Part shown: piece after piece, positions 53,102-63,603 of the stretch
How positions within the stretch are numbered: position 1 is the stretch's first letter
Layout: every line of letters begins with the position of its first letter
NCBI GenBank assembly: GCA_004297735.1
Contig: SCTI01000002.1
Coordinates: 192,160 to 256,159 of the forward strand
Direction: 5' to 3'
Source: Patescibacteria group bacterium
GTDB taxonomy: Bacteria > Patescibacteriota > Saccharimonadia > UBA4664 > SCTI01
DNA length: 64,000 bases
The notes under the pieces: model-generated
The model's input: only the letters and a program-made list of their open reading frames with translations
Told to the model about the DNA's origin: nothing
Databases searched by the model: none
Program-made: the position numbers and the translations under genes

Positions 53102-53233
53102 AACCATTGCCGCTTTGTGGCATAAGCGTTAACATAAAATCAGTAAGTAGGTGGAACGAGTTGCTAACAACAGCTTTATGGATTTTGGCATTTGGTATTG
53201 CCTATCGAGTGCTCGCAACCAACGTGCGCTAAG

Positions 53234-53683
53234 CTATTTTTGCGCAATCGCTTGTTTAATGGCAGTGTAGCCAAACCCTTTGCGGCGCAAATAACCAATT
53301 AAATCCTGATCATCCGGGTACCGTTGTCGCAAACCGTACAGGTCAACGCACCGCTTAACAACCTCAATCTCCTCCTGGTCGGTATACTCGGCCAACGCCG
53401 CCGCAATAATATCGCGAGCAATACCCTTGCGCTGAAGTTCGACTTGAATCTGCAAGCGACTACGCTTGGCCGAGCGGATCCGATCTTGCACCCACAGCCG
53501 CGCGAACCGGTCATCGTTGATTAAATCGTGCTCTTGCAGCTGCTCAAGGGCCTGCCTCACAACCTGGTTACTAAAACCCTTACGAGCAAGTGCCTGCTCA
53601 AGCTCATACCGACTGCGCGGCCGGTATGAGAGTAAGTTAGAAGCCGCCACCACCGCTTGCTGCAGGCGCTCTGAATCAGCCAA
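53234..53683 (-). CDS. recX: recombination regulator RecX
   Basis: Immediately 3-prime of recA. Three-helix repeat pattern (YELEQALARKGFSNQVVRQALEQLQEHDLINDDRFA); 149 aa. Confidence 0.75.
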   Translation of the reverse strand: MADSERLQQAVVAASNLLSYRPRSRYELEQALARKGFSNQVVRQALEQLQEHDLINDDRFARLWVQDRIRSAKRSRLQIQVELQRKGIARDIIAAALAEYTDQEEIEVVKRCVDLYGLRQRYPDDQDLIGYLRRKGFGYTAIKQAIAQK

Positions 53684-53692
53684 GGCCTTGCC

Positions 53693-54739
53693 CTAAGCGG
53701 CTACCTTACGTACCGCCGCGTCCAACTCCTTTAGGGCTTTGCCGTTTTCCTCTAAAAAGGCTTTGGCGGCCTCTCGCCCCTGACCCATCTTTTCACCCTT
53801 GTACTCATACCAGGAGCCACTCTTTTTAACCAGGTCGTACTTAACGGCTAAATCAAGTAGCTCGCCGGCAACCGAGATCCCGCGATTGTACATAATGTCG
53901 AACTCGGCCACACGGAACGGCGGAGCGATTTTATTCTTTACTACCTTGGTACGAACTCGGTTTCCAACAACCCGATCTCCCTCTTTAAGCTGCTCGATTC
54001 GACGGATGTCGACACGAACCGAGGAGTAGTACTTAAGCGCATTGCCGCCAGCGGTAACCTCAGGGTTTCCAAACATAACGCCAATCTTCATCCTTAGTTG
54101 GTTGATGAATACAACGGTGGTGTTTGACTTGTTTATAACGCCGGTAAGCTTACGTAAAGCCTGTGACATCAACCTAGCCTGCATGCCCATTTGAGCGTCG
54201 CCCATGCTGCCCTCGAGCTCAGCCCTAGGCACCAACGCCGCTACCGAGTCGACCACGACAATGTTTACTGCATTAGAACGAACCAGGGTTTCGGTGATCT
54301 CCAGCGCCTGCTCACCGGTATCCGGCTGCGAAACCAAGAGGTTATCGAGATTCACGCCAATTTTTTTAGCGTACTCAGGGTCAAGAGCATGCTCGGCGTC
54401 AACGTAGGCTGCCAAGCCACCGTTTTTTTGAACTTGCGCTACCGCATGTAGGGCTAAAGTGGTTTTACCGCTTGATTCTGGACCATAAATTTCAACTACT
54501 CGACCTTGAGGATATCCCCCTCCGAGAGCTAAATCCAAAGATAGGCTGCCGCTAGGGATGGTTTTAACGTCAATCTTATGGGTGTCGCCCAGCTTCATAA
54601 TTGAGCCGCTACCAAACTGTTTTTCGATTTGGCTGACCGCTAAGTCAACGGCTTTTAAACGAGCAGCTTTGTCATCCTTGCCAGCTGTTTCCACGATTCC
54701 GGATGCCTCCTTAGATGTTGTTGTGGTTGATGTTGTCAT
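53693..54739 (-). CDS. recA: recombinase RecA
   Basis: Walker [20 protein letters not shown]1/L2 loops. Start at MTTSTTTT (RBS gaaggga) rather than the ORF-track start at 54787. Confidence 0.9.
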   Translation of the reverse strand: MTTSTTTTSKEASGIVETAGKDDKAARLKAVDLAVSQIEKQFGSGSIMKLGDTHKIDVKTIPSGSLSLDLALGGGYPQGRVVEIYGPESSGKTTLALHAVAQVQKNGGLAAYVDAEHALDPEYAKKIGVNLDNLLVSQPDTGEQALEITETLVRSNAVNIVVVDSVAALVPRAELEGSMGDAQMGMQARLMSQALRKLTGVINKSNTTVVFINQLRMKIGVMFGNPEVTAGGNALKYYSSVRVDIRRIEQLKEGDRVVGNRVRTKVVKNKIAPPFRVAEFDIMYNRGISVAGELLDLAVKYDLVKKSGSWYEYKGEKMGQGREAAKAFLEENGKALKELDAAVRKVAA

Positions 54740-54944
54740 TGTACCATGTCCCTTCTGTTGATTTGCTATGGGCCATACTATAATCAATCATTATTAAATT
54801 ATTCTTTACTTTATTAGGAAGACCGGATGGGATGCGCCCCAGCACCAACGACGCATCCCGGTTTTGGAAGCTCAATGTCTGTGTTTGCCCCGGTCTGTAT
54901 TAAGGTTAACCGAACAAAAAGCGAACGTCAAGCTATTTATGCTT

Positions 54945-55898
54945 TTAGCGAAACTCGGTATCGCGAGCAAACTCCAAATTGTTGCGTGACTGCCCGAGCT
55001 GCCCAATTGCCCCCAGGTTTACCGCGGCACTTAAAGTATTACTGACGCTTAACTGAGTGGCGCCGGCATTGCTGGTTGAAACAATAATTTTATTGGTGGC
55101 ACGAAAGTTTTGAACCGTACCCGGCAACATGGTGCCCTGAAAAACCTGCTTACCATCGGACCTGACGGTCACCGAGGTGGTAGCATCCTTAATCTTGATA
55201 CTAACCGCCACCCCGTCAAAAGTACCGGCCGGTAAATTAGTGGAGGCGTCTGCGGCCGGCACGCGTGCCAAAATGTTACGAGTAATCGTGCTGGTCTTAC
55301 CAAGCTGGTTTTTGGCGGTAACACGAATAACATTAACCCCCTCTTGCAGCGCAATCGGGCTCTCAAAGTTACCTTGAGCGTCACTTAAAATTGGCGTGTC
55401 ATTAATAAAAACATTGGCCCCGCCATCAACCTGGCCCTTAACTGTTAGCAAGCTGCCATATAAAACCTCATCCTTAACCGGCGAGGACAGCTGTAGCTTT
55501 GGTGGCGCGGTTAAAGCACTGAACTGCCAAAAAAAGTAGCCAACCACCATTAGGACTACCAGGGTAATAACGGCCAAGGTGATTTTGCGGGGCGAAATGG
55601 TTGAACCCAAACTAATGCTACCCATTGGATGCCCCAACTGGGGTTGGTGCTGGCCTAGTTCCTCTTGGTATCGTTCAACCAGCGGCTGGCTGTCAATTTC
55701 GAGTAGCTCGGCATAGCTCTGAATAAAGCCTTTGGTGTAGGCCAGATGCGGCAGGGTTTGGTAATCACCTTGTTCTAGCGCGGTCAGGTATTTGCCACGA
55801 ATACGAGTGGCTTGCTCAACCTCGGCTAGCGATAGGCCTTTATCGGTTCGGGCCTGGCGCAGGATCTCGCCGAGCGGCTTAGCCTTCCGACTCGTCAT
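54945..55898 (-). CDS. RodZ-like HTH (XRE) membrane protein
   Basis: LGEILRQARTDKGLSLAEVEQATRIRGKYLTALEQGDY HTH; single TM; C-terminal beta-rich domain. Start moved to 55898 (RBS gaagga). Confidence 0.55.
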   Translation of the reverse strand: MTSRKAKPLGEILRQARTDKGLSLAEVEQATRIRGKYLTALEQGDYQTLPHLAYTKGFIQSYAELLEIDSQPLVERYQEELGQHQPQLGHPMGSISLGSTISPRKITLAVITLVVLMVVGYFFWQFSALTAPPKLQLSSPVKDEVLYGSLLTVKGQVDGGANVFINDTPILSDAQGNFESPIALQEGVNVIRVTAKNQLGKTSTITRNILARVPAADASTNLPAGTFDGVAVSIKIKDATTSVTVRSDGKQVFQGTMLPGTVQNFRATNKIIVSTSNAGATQLSVSNTLSAAVNLGAIGQLGQSRNNLEFARDTEFR

Positions 55899-58002
55899 CG
55901 TCGGATCCTTCGGTCTCACTTAAGCTAGAGACTAGAACCTGTCGTGGGCGGGCGCCATCGGCGGGGCCAACTATCCCCCGCTCCTCCAACAGGTCAAGCA
56001 AACGGGCGGCGCGAGCGTAACCCACCCGCAAGCGGCGCTGTAGCAACGACGCCGACGCCTTGCCGGTGCGAATAACCGTCTCGGCGGCATCCTGGAATAG
56101 ATCGTCATCGGCATCGCCCAAGTCGCCGGCACCATGGTGGCCACCGCCAACGTTAACCGGCTGGGCCAGCACCTCTTCGTTATAAAGTGGCTGGCGAGCC
56201 TGGCGCAAGTAGTCGGTTACCGGCTTGGTCTCTTTTTCTTCGGTAAATATGCCTTGGATACGACGCGGCTTAGGCGTGTCGGCGCTACTAAACATCATAT
56301 CGCCCCGCCCGAGCAACTTTTCGGCTCCACCGGCATCAAGAATGGTGCGAGAATCAACATTTGAGGCCACACGGAAGGCAATTCGGGCCGGAATGTTGGC
56401 CTTGATCAAACCGGTAATTACGTTAACACTTGGTCGCTGAGTGGCCAGCACCAAATGAATTCCTGCAGCGCGAGCCAACTGGGCCAAACGTACGATTAAA
56501 GCCTCAACCTCGGCTCCAGCCAGCATCATCAGGTCGGCCATCTCATCAATCACGATAACGATATAAGGCATGCTCTCTTCTTGCTTAATCGAGTTGTACT
56601 CAGCGATGTTGCGCTTGCCAACCTCGGCAAAGGTTTTTAAGCGGCGCTCCATCTCGGCCACCGCCCACTTAAGCGCCGAGATAGTTTTTTCTGGCTCAAC
56701 AATAACCGGGGTGAGCAGATGTGGAATGTCATTGTATAGATTCAACTCCACTCGCTTTGGGTCGACCAAGATCAGTTTAAGCTGGGCCGGCGAGTTACGG
56801 TACAGCAAGGTGGTTAACAAGGTGTTAATCATGACCGACTTACCTGCTCCGGTGGCACCAGCGATCAAAAGGTGTGGCATGGTGGCTAAATCGGCCATAG
56901 CGGTGGCACCGGCGACATCCTGGCCCAGGATTATGTTTAGCGGTGAGGTGGTAGATTTATACTCTGGCGTGTCCATTAGCTGGCGCAGACGAACGGTGGC
57001 AATCGATGGGTTGGGCAGCTCAACACCAACCGCACCTTTACCCGGAATTGGTGCCTCAACTCGAATTGCAGGAGCGGCCAAGGCTAGTGCCAGGTTGTGT
57101 TCGAGGCCGGTAATTTTGGTTAGCTTAACACCGCTGGCCGGCTTCATGGTGTATTGAGTAACCGTAGGGCCAACGTTGACCTCGCCCATGGCCACATCCA
57201 CCCCAAAGCTAGCTAGAGTATTTTGAATGATGGCGGCGTTCTCTTTTACGTTACCGGCATCAGGATTAGAAGAGCTTTTGCTAAGCAAGTCGAGCGATGG
57301 TGGAACCCAATCGGGGTCATCAACGCTGGTGAGGGCGACCAATTCCTTAACCTTTTCTTTCTTGGATCCCTTTGAGCCACTACCAACGTTTAAGGCACCC
57401 TTAATCTCTAGGGTCGGGACTCCAGCCGGCTGGTTGATGGTAATTTCCTCTTGTGGCTCCGGACGCTTAAACAAGCTCATAATCTTAGCGATCAGGGCGC
57501 TCAAGCGAGTGTTGGTGGCGATTACTACCGCGATAATTAATAGCGCGGTTAAAACTATGGTTGAGGCGGGTACATTCAGAACCGTCAAAAAGGCCGATGA
57601 TACTCCGAGGCCAACCATGCCTCCCCCGTCACCATCGCTAGCAAAGGTGGGGGCTTGAGCCTGTGGGATGCCAATGTGGAACAAGCCACTTAAAATCACG
57701 ATAAAACCAATGAATCCAAGGTAGTTGTAAAAATGCAGCTCATATTTGGCGGGCTGGAACAGCATAAAGGCCAGCAGTAAAAGTACCGGCGCTAGTAAAA
57801 AGGCGCTGTAACCAATTAGCCACCGTAGACCTTCAAACAGACTGGTGGCAAGTACACCGCCAAAGTTAAAGGTAGCGAACAGTAAAATAATTGCTATCGC
57901 CACCAATAAAATGGCGATAATTTCGCGTGCTACCCCCTCGCTCAGCTGAGGCTTGAGACTGAGGCTTGGTACCGACTTTTTTTTGCTTTTACGTCGCGCC
58001 AT
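55879..58002 (-). CDS. ftsK: DNA translocase FtsK/SpoIIIE
   Basis: N-terminal TM helices; linker; Walker A ATGAGKSVMINTLL; C-terminal gamma (winged-helix KOPS) domain LLQRRLRVGYARAARLLDLLEERGIVGP. Start at MARRKSKKK (RBS caggagt). Confidence 0.85.
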   Translation of the reverse strand: MARRKSKKKSVPSLSLKPQLSEGVAREIIAILLVAIAIILLFATFNFGGVLATSLFEGLRWLIGYSAFLLAPVLLLLAFMLFQPAKYELHFYNYLGFIGFIVILSGLFHIGIPQAQAPTFASDGDGGGMVGLGVSSAFLTVLNVPASTIVLTALLIIAVVIATNTRLSALIAKIMSLFKRPEPQEEITINQPAGVPTLEIKGALNVGSGSKGSKKEKVKELVALTSVDDPDWVPPSLDLLSKSSSNPDAGNVKENAAIIQNTLASFGVDVAMGEVNVGPTVTQYTMKPASGVKLTKITGLEHNLALALAAPAIRVEAPIPGKGAVGVELPNPSIATVRLRQLMDTPEYKSTTSPLNIILGQDVAGATAMADLATMPHLLIAGATGAGKSVMINTLLTTLLYRNSPAQLKLILVDPKRVELNLYNDIPHLLTPVIVEPEKTISALKWAVAEMERRLKTFAEVGKRNIAEYNSIKQEESMPYIVIVIDEMADLMMLAGAEVEALIVRLAQLARAAGIHLVLATQRPSVNVITGLIKANIPARIAFRVASNVDSRTILDAGGAEKLLGRGDMMFSSADTPKPRRIQGIFTEEKETKPVTDYLRQARQPLYNEEVLAQPVNVGGGHHGAGDLGDADDDLFQDAAETVIRTGKASASLLQRRLRVGYARAARLLDLLEERGIVGPADGARPRQVLVSSLSETEGSDDDESEG

Positions 58003-58065
58003 ACTCCTGATAGTATAGCGCTTACTCCAAGAGTTGTATAGCAATCGCTTTCGTTTTAACCAGGC

Positions 58066-60018
58066 TTATTGCTGGGGTGCACCCGAAGGCTGATTTTTAG
58101 AAGAGCGTGAATCAACCTCGTGTACCACCGGCAGAACCATTGGGCTACGCTTGGTTTTAGCGTAAAGCAGATCGGACACCTCATCGCGCAGCTGGAGCTT
58201 AAAGCGCTGCCAGTCAGCTGGACGGCCCTTATCGCGGCGTTCAAACGACTTGCGAATTTCTTGGCGCATGCGGCCAATTAGCTCCTCGCTCTCCTTCATA
58301 TGAACAAAGCCGCGCGAAATGATATCGGGGCTGCCAAGTAAGCGGCCGCTGCGCTTATCGACCACCGCCACTACCACTACCATGCCGTCGGAACCCAGGG
58401 TCATGCGATCGCGCAAGACCAAGTTTTCGACATCGCCGACACCGGCACCGTCAACAAACACTACGCCCGATGGTACGCGCTCCTTGCACTCAGCCTTATC
58501 GGCGGTTAGTTCTAGTACGTCGCCAATATCAAGAACAAAAATGTTCTCTTTCTTAACGCCATTTTCAATCCCAACCTCGGCGTGGCGAGTTTGCATTGCA
58601 AAGGTACCGTGAATTGGCATCAAGAACTTGGGGCGGATAATCGAGATTAGCTCACCAATATCATCACGGAAGGCGTGACCCGATGTATGCAGCATACCCG
58701 AACCGTCAATCGCCTGCGTGCCAGCCTGGTAAACCTTGGCACCCTCACGCATCAGCTGATCAACCAAATCTCCAACCTGAACGATGTTTCCACCAATTGG
58801 GTTAGAGGTCAGAATCACGGTGTCATTGGACTTAATCTTAACGTGTGGATGGTCACCGGTGGCCATCCGGCTAAGCGCGGCGTTAACCTCACCTTGCGAG
58901 CCGGTACACAAAATAACCATTTTATCGCCTTCTTGCTTTACGCCATCCTGCACCCTGGTAATCATCCCTGGCGGAACCTTGATGTAGCCAAGTTTGACGC
59001 CCAGCTCAACGTTGGCCAGCATGCTTCGCCCAACAAAGGCCAGCTTGCGGCCAGCCTTTTCGGCGGCGTTAATGATTAGCTGAACGCGGTTTACCGAGCT
59101 AGCAAAGGTCGAGATGATAATGCGGCCGTTGGCGCGATCAAAAAGATCATCAAAGGTCGGAGCAATTAAGTGCTCTTCGGGAGTCTGGCCGGCACGAGCG
59201 GCGTTGGTACTATCACCAAGTAGCAGTAATACACCTTCGTCGCCAATCTCGCGCAAGCGATCAATATCCATTGGCGGCCCAATGATTGGATTGGGCTCAA
59301 AGCGCCAGTCTCCGGTATCGATAACCGTACCGACTGGGGTCCGAATTACCACTGCGGTGGCGTCAGGAATTGAGTGTCCGACCCGAACCAGCTCAATGTT
59401 AAAGGCGCCGATCTGGACTCGTTCGTGCTTATCGGGATCCATAATCGTAAAACGAGGCTGGACCTGGAGCTTAAACTCCTCAATCTGCTTTTCGAGCATA
59501 GCAATGGTGAACCGTGAGCCGTAAATTGGGGCCGGTAGCTTGGGTAGTAAATAGCCAGCACCACCGATGTGGTCCATGTGACCGTGGGTAATAATTACAC
59601 CCTTAATCTTGTGCTTATTCTTTTCTAAGTAAGTAATGTCAGGAATTAGGTGGTCAACGCCTGGCTGATTCTCATCGGCAAACTTGGAGCCAACGTCCAA
59701 TACGATGATGTCATCACCATACTCTAACGCGGTCATATTTTTACCGATTTCACCAAGACCACCGAGCGACATAACTCGCAAACGGGTCTGGCTATCAGCC
59801 TGGTTAGCCACACGGGACTTAACCTGGGTGCGCTGCTCGCCCGAAGCACCGTTAAACTGTGATTTGTTAACCGGTATTGCCGGCTGGTTCATCAAGCGGA
59901 CGGCCATGGGGTTGGCCTGCTGCTGTCGCCGACGATTTTTAGCCGAACCATTGCCATTTGGACGACGACGTTGATCGCCGGCCGTCTTGGGTTGCGGCTT
60001 AGATGTTTCTTTATCCAT
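58066..60018 (-). CDS. rnj: ribonuclease J (beta-CASP metallo-beta-lactamase) with about 85-aa basic N-terminal extension
   Basis: LRVMSLGGLGEIGKNM, HxHxDH (VIITHGHMDHIGG), beta-CASP and C-terminal domain; 650 aa. Confidence 0.85.
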   Translation of the reverse strand: MDKETSKPQPKTAGDQRRRPNGNGSAKNRRRQQQANPMAVRLMNQPAIPVNKSQFNGASGEQRTQVKSRVANQADSQTRLRVMSLGGLGEIGKNMTALEYGDDIIVLDVGSKFADENQPGVDHLIPDITYLEKNKHKIKGVIITHGHMDHIGGAGYLLPKLPAPIYGSRFTIAMLEKQIEEFKLQVQPRFTIMDPDKHERVQIGAFNIELVRVGHSIPDATAVVIRTPVGTVIDTGDWRFEPNPIIGPPMDIDRLREIGDEGVLLLLGDSTNAARAGQTPEEHLIAPTFDDLFDRANGRIIISTFASSVNRVQLIINAAEKAGRKLAFVGRSMLANVELGVKLGYIKVPPGMITRVQDGVKQEGDKMVILCTGSQGEVNAALSRMATGDHPHVKIKSNDTVILTSNPIGGNIVQVGDLVDQLMREGAKVYQAGTQAIDGSGMLHTSGHAFRDDIGELISIIRPKFLMPIHGTFAMQTRHAEVGIENGVKKENIFVLDIGDVLELTADKAECKERVPSGVVFVDGAGVGDVENLVLRDRMTLGSDGMVVVVAVVDKRSGRLLGSPDIISRGFVHMKESEELIGRMRQEIRKSFERRDKGRPADWQRFKLQLRDEVSDLLYAKTKRSPMVLPVVHEVDSRSSKNQPSGAPQQ

Positions 60019-60024
60019 ATTAAT

Positions 60025-60597
60025 TTAAACCTTTTTTAGTAGTTGTGGAATAACGCTAAAATCTTGCAATAACGTCTGTCTCATCCCGCCGTTATAGAGG
60101 GCGGCAGCTGGGTGATAAAGTGGCAGGTAAACCTTGCCATCTTTACGGAACGCTCGGCCGTGGGCCTGGCTTATCCTCAGCTCAGGTAGGAACACGTTCA
60201 TCGAGTGCCTACCTAAGAAGACGATCAATTTGGGCTGAATGATATCCAGTTGCTGCTTGAGATATGGCATAAAGGCCTGGATCTCTTGGGGCAACGGATC
60301 ACGGTTACCGGGAGGGCGGTATTTGACGATGTTGGTAATGTACACCTTACTGCGCTCAAGTTCAATGCTTGCCAACATCTCATCGAGGAACTTGCCGGCA
60401 GCGCCAACAAAGGGGCGACCCAGCTCATCCTCCTTGGCACCGGGTGCCTCGCCAATAAAGACCACCTCGGCATCTAAGCTGCCCTCCCCCATTACCAGCT
60501 GCTTGGCACCAGCCGCTAAATCAGGAGTAACTCCCGACGAAACTATCTCTTCCGCCATGGCGCCGAGTCGCTCAGCTTTGGTCTTAGTTTTGGGCAT
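60025..60597 (-). CDS. uracil-DNA glycosylase, family 4
   Basis: VVFIGEAPGAKEDELGRPFVGAAGKFL (GEAPG motif A) and HPAAALYN motif B region; 190 aa. Confidence 0.8.
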   Translation of the reverse strand: MPKTKTKAERLGAMAEEIVSSGVTPDLAAGAKQLVMGEGSLDAEVVFIGEAPGAKEDELGRPFVGAAGKFLDEMLASIELERSKVYITNIVKYRPPGNRDPLPQEIQAFMPYLKQQLDIIQPKLIVFLGRHSMNVFLPELRISQAHGRAFRKDGKVYLPLYHPAAALYNGGMRQTLLQDFSVIPQLLKKV

Positions 60598-62737
60598 GCT
60601 CCTTTACCGCTTTCATACTTAAGTTTAATCGGCCCTGGGTATCAATTTCCATCAATTTAACCTGAACCTCATCACCCTCCTTTAGCACGTCTGAAACCTT
60701 TTCGATGCGCTTATCGGCGATCTGAGAAATGTGAACCAGACCGTCTTTTCCAGGTAGAACTTCGACAAAGGCGCCAAATTCCATGATCTTAACCACCTTG
60801 CCGGTGTAGACCTTGCCAACCTCTGGCTTAGCGGTAATCTGCTCAATCCACTCGATAGCTTTTTTAGCAGCCTCGCCGTCGCTACTGGCAATCATGATTA
60901 AGCCGTCGTCATCAATATCAATCTCTACCCCAGTGGCATCAATAATCTTATTAATGGTTTCGCCGCCCTTACCAATAACCTCGCGGATCTGATCTGGCTC
61001 AATCTTGAGCTTAGAAATACGGGGGGCATGATCGGCTAATTCTGGTCGCGGCTTACTAATGATCTCCATCATCTTACCCATAATGTGAGCCCGCCCCTCT
61101 TTGGCCTGAGCCAAAGCTTGATCCATGATCTTGGCGGTAATACCCTTAACCTTAATGTCCATTTGCAGGGCGGTGATACCATCATCGGTACCGGCCACCT
61201 TAAAGTCCATATGCCCAGCAAAGTCTTCCGCGCCCTGAATGTCGCTTAAGATAACAAACTGATCGCCCTCGCCCTTAACCAGACCCATGGCAATACCGGC
61301 CACCGGCTTACTAATTGGCACTCCGGCATCCATTAGGCTGAGGGTTGAACCGCAAACGCTAGCCATCGAGGTAGAACCGTTCGAAGCCACTGCTTCCGAC
61401 ACGGTACGAATGGTGTACGGGAAGTCCTCAACCGGAGGTATAACCGGTAGCAGGGCGCGTTCAGCTAAGGCTCCATGACCAATCTCGCGGCGACCGGGGC
61501 TGCGCATTGGGCGAGTCTCACCGGTTGAATATGGAGGGAAGTTGTAATGATGCATGTAACGCTTGGTGGTATCTAGCTCCATGGTATCGAGGATCTGAGC
61601 ATAGCTAGTCGAAGCCAGTGTGGTGATGTTAAGAATCTGGGTGCTCCCACGAGTAAACAAGCCCGAACCGTGACTGCGCGGAATCAAGCCAACCTGACCA
61701 GAAATCGGCCGAATCTCGGTTGAAGTACGCCCATCAGGGCGCGCCCCTTCCTCTAAAATGGCGCGGCGAACCTCGTTGTCGATAACTTGCTCAAAAGCCT
61801 GCTCGAGCTCATCGCTATCGTGCTGGCTGTCCTCACCGGCATAGGTGTCCATTAGCTCACGGCGGAGATTCTTAATAGCATCATGTCGCTGGTACTGATC
61901 TTGGTGACGAATTGCGGCACCAAGACGATCTTTAAGGAAATCCTGCACCAAAACCACTACCTCATGGCTGGGCTTGACCAGCTCAAACTCTTTAGCGGTT
62001 ACACCAACCTCTTTAATTAGGCGCTCCTGCAACTCAATCACCGGCTGAATCGCCTGATGAGCCAGCTCAATCGCCTTAACCATGGTAGCTTCGTCAACCT
62101 CATTGGCGCCGGCCTCAACCATCATAATGGCCTCTTTGGTTCCAGCCACTACGAGGTCGAGCTGGCTGTCTTTCATCTGGTCGGCGGCTGGATAAGCTAC
62201 CAGCTCACCGTCAATCAAACCAACTCGTACGCCGGCAACTGGACCCTCAAACGGCGCTCCCGACAGCATTAAAGCGGTCGAAATGGCGGCCATAGCGATA
62301 ACATCGGGAGTGTGAACCAAATCGGCGCTTAAGACCGTGGCAATACCCTGGACATCATTACGGAAACCCTTGGGGAACAGCGGCCGAATTGGACGGTCAA
62401 TCAGACGAGCGGTTAAGGTAGCAGCTTCGCTGGCACGACCCTCTCGCTTAATAAATCGACTACCGGATATCTTACCGGAAGCGTACATGCGCTCTTCGTA
62501 ATCGATCATCAGCGGGAAGAAGTCGATACCAGGACGAGGGCTGTTTGATACCACCGCGGTACCAAGTACCATGGTGTCGCCATAGCGAACGGTCACAGCG
62601 CCATCGGCCAAAAAGGCCATGGTGCCGGTTTCAATACTTAATGTTTTGCCACAAAACTCGGTTTCGAGGCGAACGGTTTTACCACCAAACGGGTGAATAA
62701 TTTTGGTAACTGACATACTCTCCTTTACGGAAACCAT
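60584..62737 (-). CDS. pnp: polyribonucleotide nucleotidyltransferase (PNPase)
   Basis: Two RNase PH domains, KH (KIREVIGKGGETINKI) and S1 (VGKVYTGKVVKIMEFGAFVEV); 717 aa. Confidence 0.9.
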   Translation of the reverse strand: MVSVKESMSVTKIIHPFGGKTVRLETEFCGKTLSIETGTMAFLADGAVTVRYGDTMVLGTAVVSNSPRPGIDFFPLMIDYEERMYASGKISGSRFIKREGRASEAATLTARLIDRPIRPLFPKGFRNDVQGIATVLSADLVHTPDVIAMAAISTALMLSGAPFEGPVAGVRVGLIDGELVAYPAADQMKDSQLDLVVAGTKEAIMMVEAGANEVDEATMVKAIELAHQAIQPVIELQERLIKEVGVTAKEFELVKPSHEVVVLVQDFLKDRLGAAIRHQDQYQRHDAIKNLRRELMDTYAGEDSQHDSDELEQAFEQVIDNEVRRAILEEGARPDGRTSTEIRPISGQVGLIPRSHGSGLFTRGSTQILNITTLASTSYAQILDTMELDTTKRYMHHYNFPPYSTGETRPMRSPGRREIGHGALAERALLPVIPPVEDFPYTIRTVSEAVASNGSTSMASVCGSTLSLMDAGVPISKPVAGIAMGLVKGEGDQFVILSDIQGAEDFAGHMDFKVAGTDDGITALQMDIKVKGITAKIMDQALAQAKEGRAHIMGKMMEIISKPRPELADHAPRISKLKIEPDQIREVIGKGGETINKIIDATGVEIDIDDDGLIMIASSDGEAAKKAIEWIEQITAKPEVGKVYTGKVVKIMEFGAFVEVLPGKDGLVHISQIADKRIEKVSDVLKEGDEVQVKLMEIDTQGRLNLSMKAVKEHAQN

Positions 62738-62872
62738 ACGTGGTAGGGTTAAGATTCCAATGCCTGATTGGAGTCAAAGCTCTAACACGTAATGCCGTTG
62801 TTAGTTATAGCTGCGCGCTAGTGTGAGCGCAGTTAGGCGCTGCAGTTACTGAAGCACCCGGGTGCGATCAAA

Positions 62873-63139
62873 CTAACGACGAAGGTTGAGTTTTTGGCGC
62901 AGGGCTTCATAGCGCCCAGCGTCGGTACGATGAAGGTAATCAAGCAAACGACGTCGCTTACCTACCATCTTTAAAAGACCTCGGCGAGAGTGTTCATCTT
63001 TTTTATGCACCTGAAGGTGCTTGGTGAGCTCTTGGATTTTTTGAGTAAAAATACTGATCTGAACCTCCGGTGAGCCGGTGTCCTTTTTATGAGTCTGGCT
63101 AGAGCCAATAATCTTCTTTTTTGCTTCGGTCTTTAACAT
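62873..63139 (-). CDS. rpsO: 30S ribosomal protein S15
   Basis: [25 protein letters not shown] signature; 88 aa; upstream of pnp as in most bacteria. Confidence 0.85.
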   Translation of the reverse strand: MLKTEAKKKIIGSSQTHKKDTGSPEVQISIFTQKIQELTKHLQVHKKDEHSRRGLLKMVGKRRRLLDYLHRTDAGRYEALRQKLNLRR

Positions 63140-63180
63140 AGTGCCTACACTCTAACAGATTAGAGTCGAAAATGCAATGC

Positions 63181-63486
63181 CTAAGCTCCAGATTGATTAT
63201 CTGATCGTTTATTCTCTAGTCGAGCCAAGCGAAAGCCGTGCTCGCTCACCATTTGTTTAACTACGTGTAGATCCTCACGCGTAACCGCAATGTCGGTAAA
63301 AACGGTGTGAAACTTACGATTGGTGGCTGCGGTCAAGTTGTCGACGTCAACCTTAAGCTGGCCAAAACGCTCCTCGATTCGCTGATTGGTCAGCTCGAGG
63401 CGCTTGTGAGTTTCGGCAAAACGAGGCTCGACCACATCTACGACGCTGGTCTTGATTTGTTGGATGTCATTTGCTGTTAGTGCCAT
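63181..63486 (-). CDS. hypothetical protein (101 aa) between truB and rpsO
   Basis: ORF with coiled-coil character. It occupies the position where ribF is usually found. Confidence 0.4.
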   Translation of the reverse strand: MALTANDIQQIKTSVVDVVEPRFAETHKRLELTNQRIEERFGQLKVDVDNLTAATNRKFHTVFTDIAVTREDLHVVKQMVSEHGFRLARLENKRSDNQSGA

Positions 63487-63603
63487 ACGTTGTCCTTGTG
63501 GTTAATTGTATCGTACTGCCCTCACTGTCGTCTATGCTACCGAACAAAAGGTGAACAAACAAGTCTGTTTCTTCTGTTGGAGGGGGTATATAATGAGGTG
63601 ATG

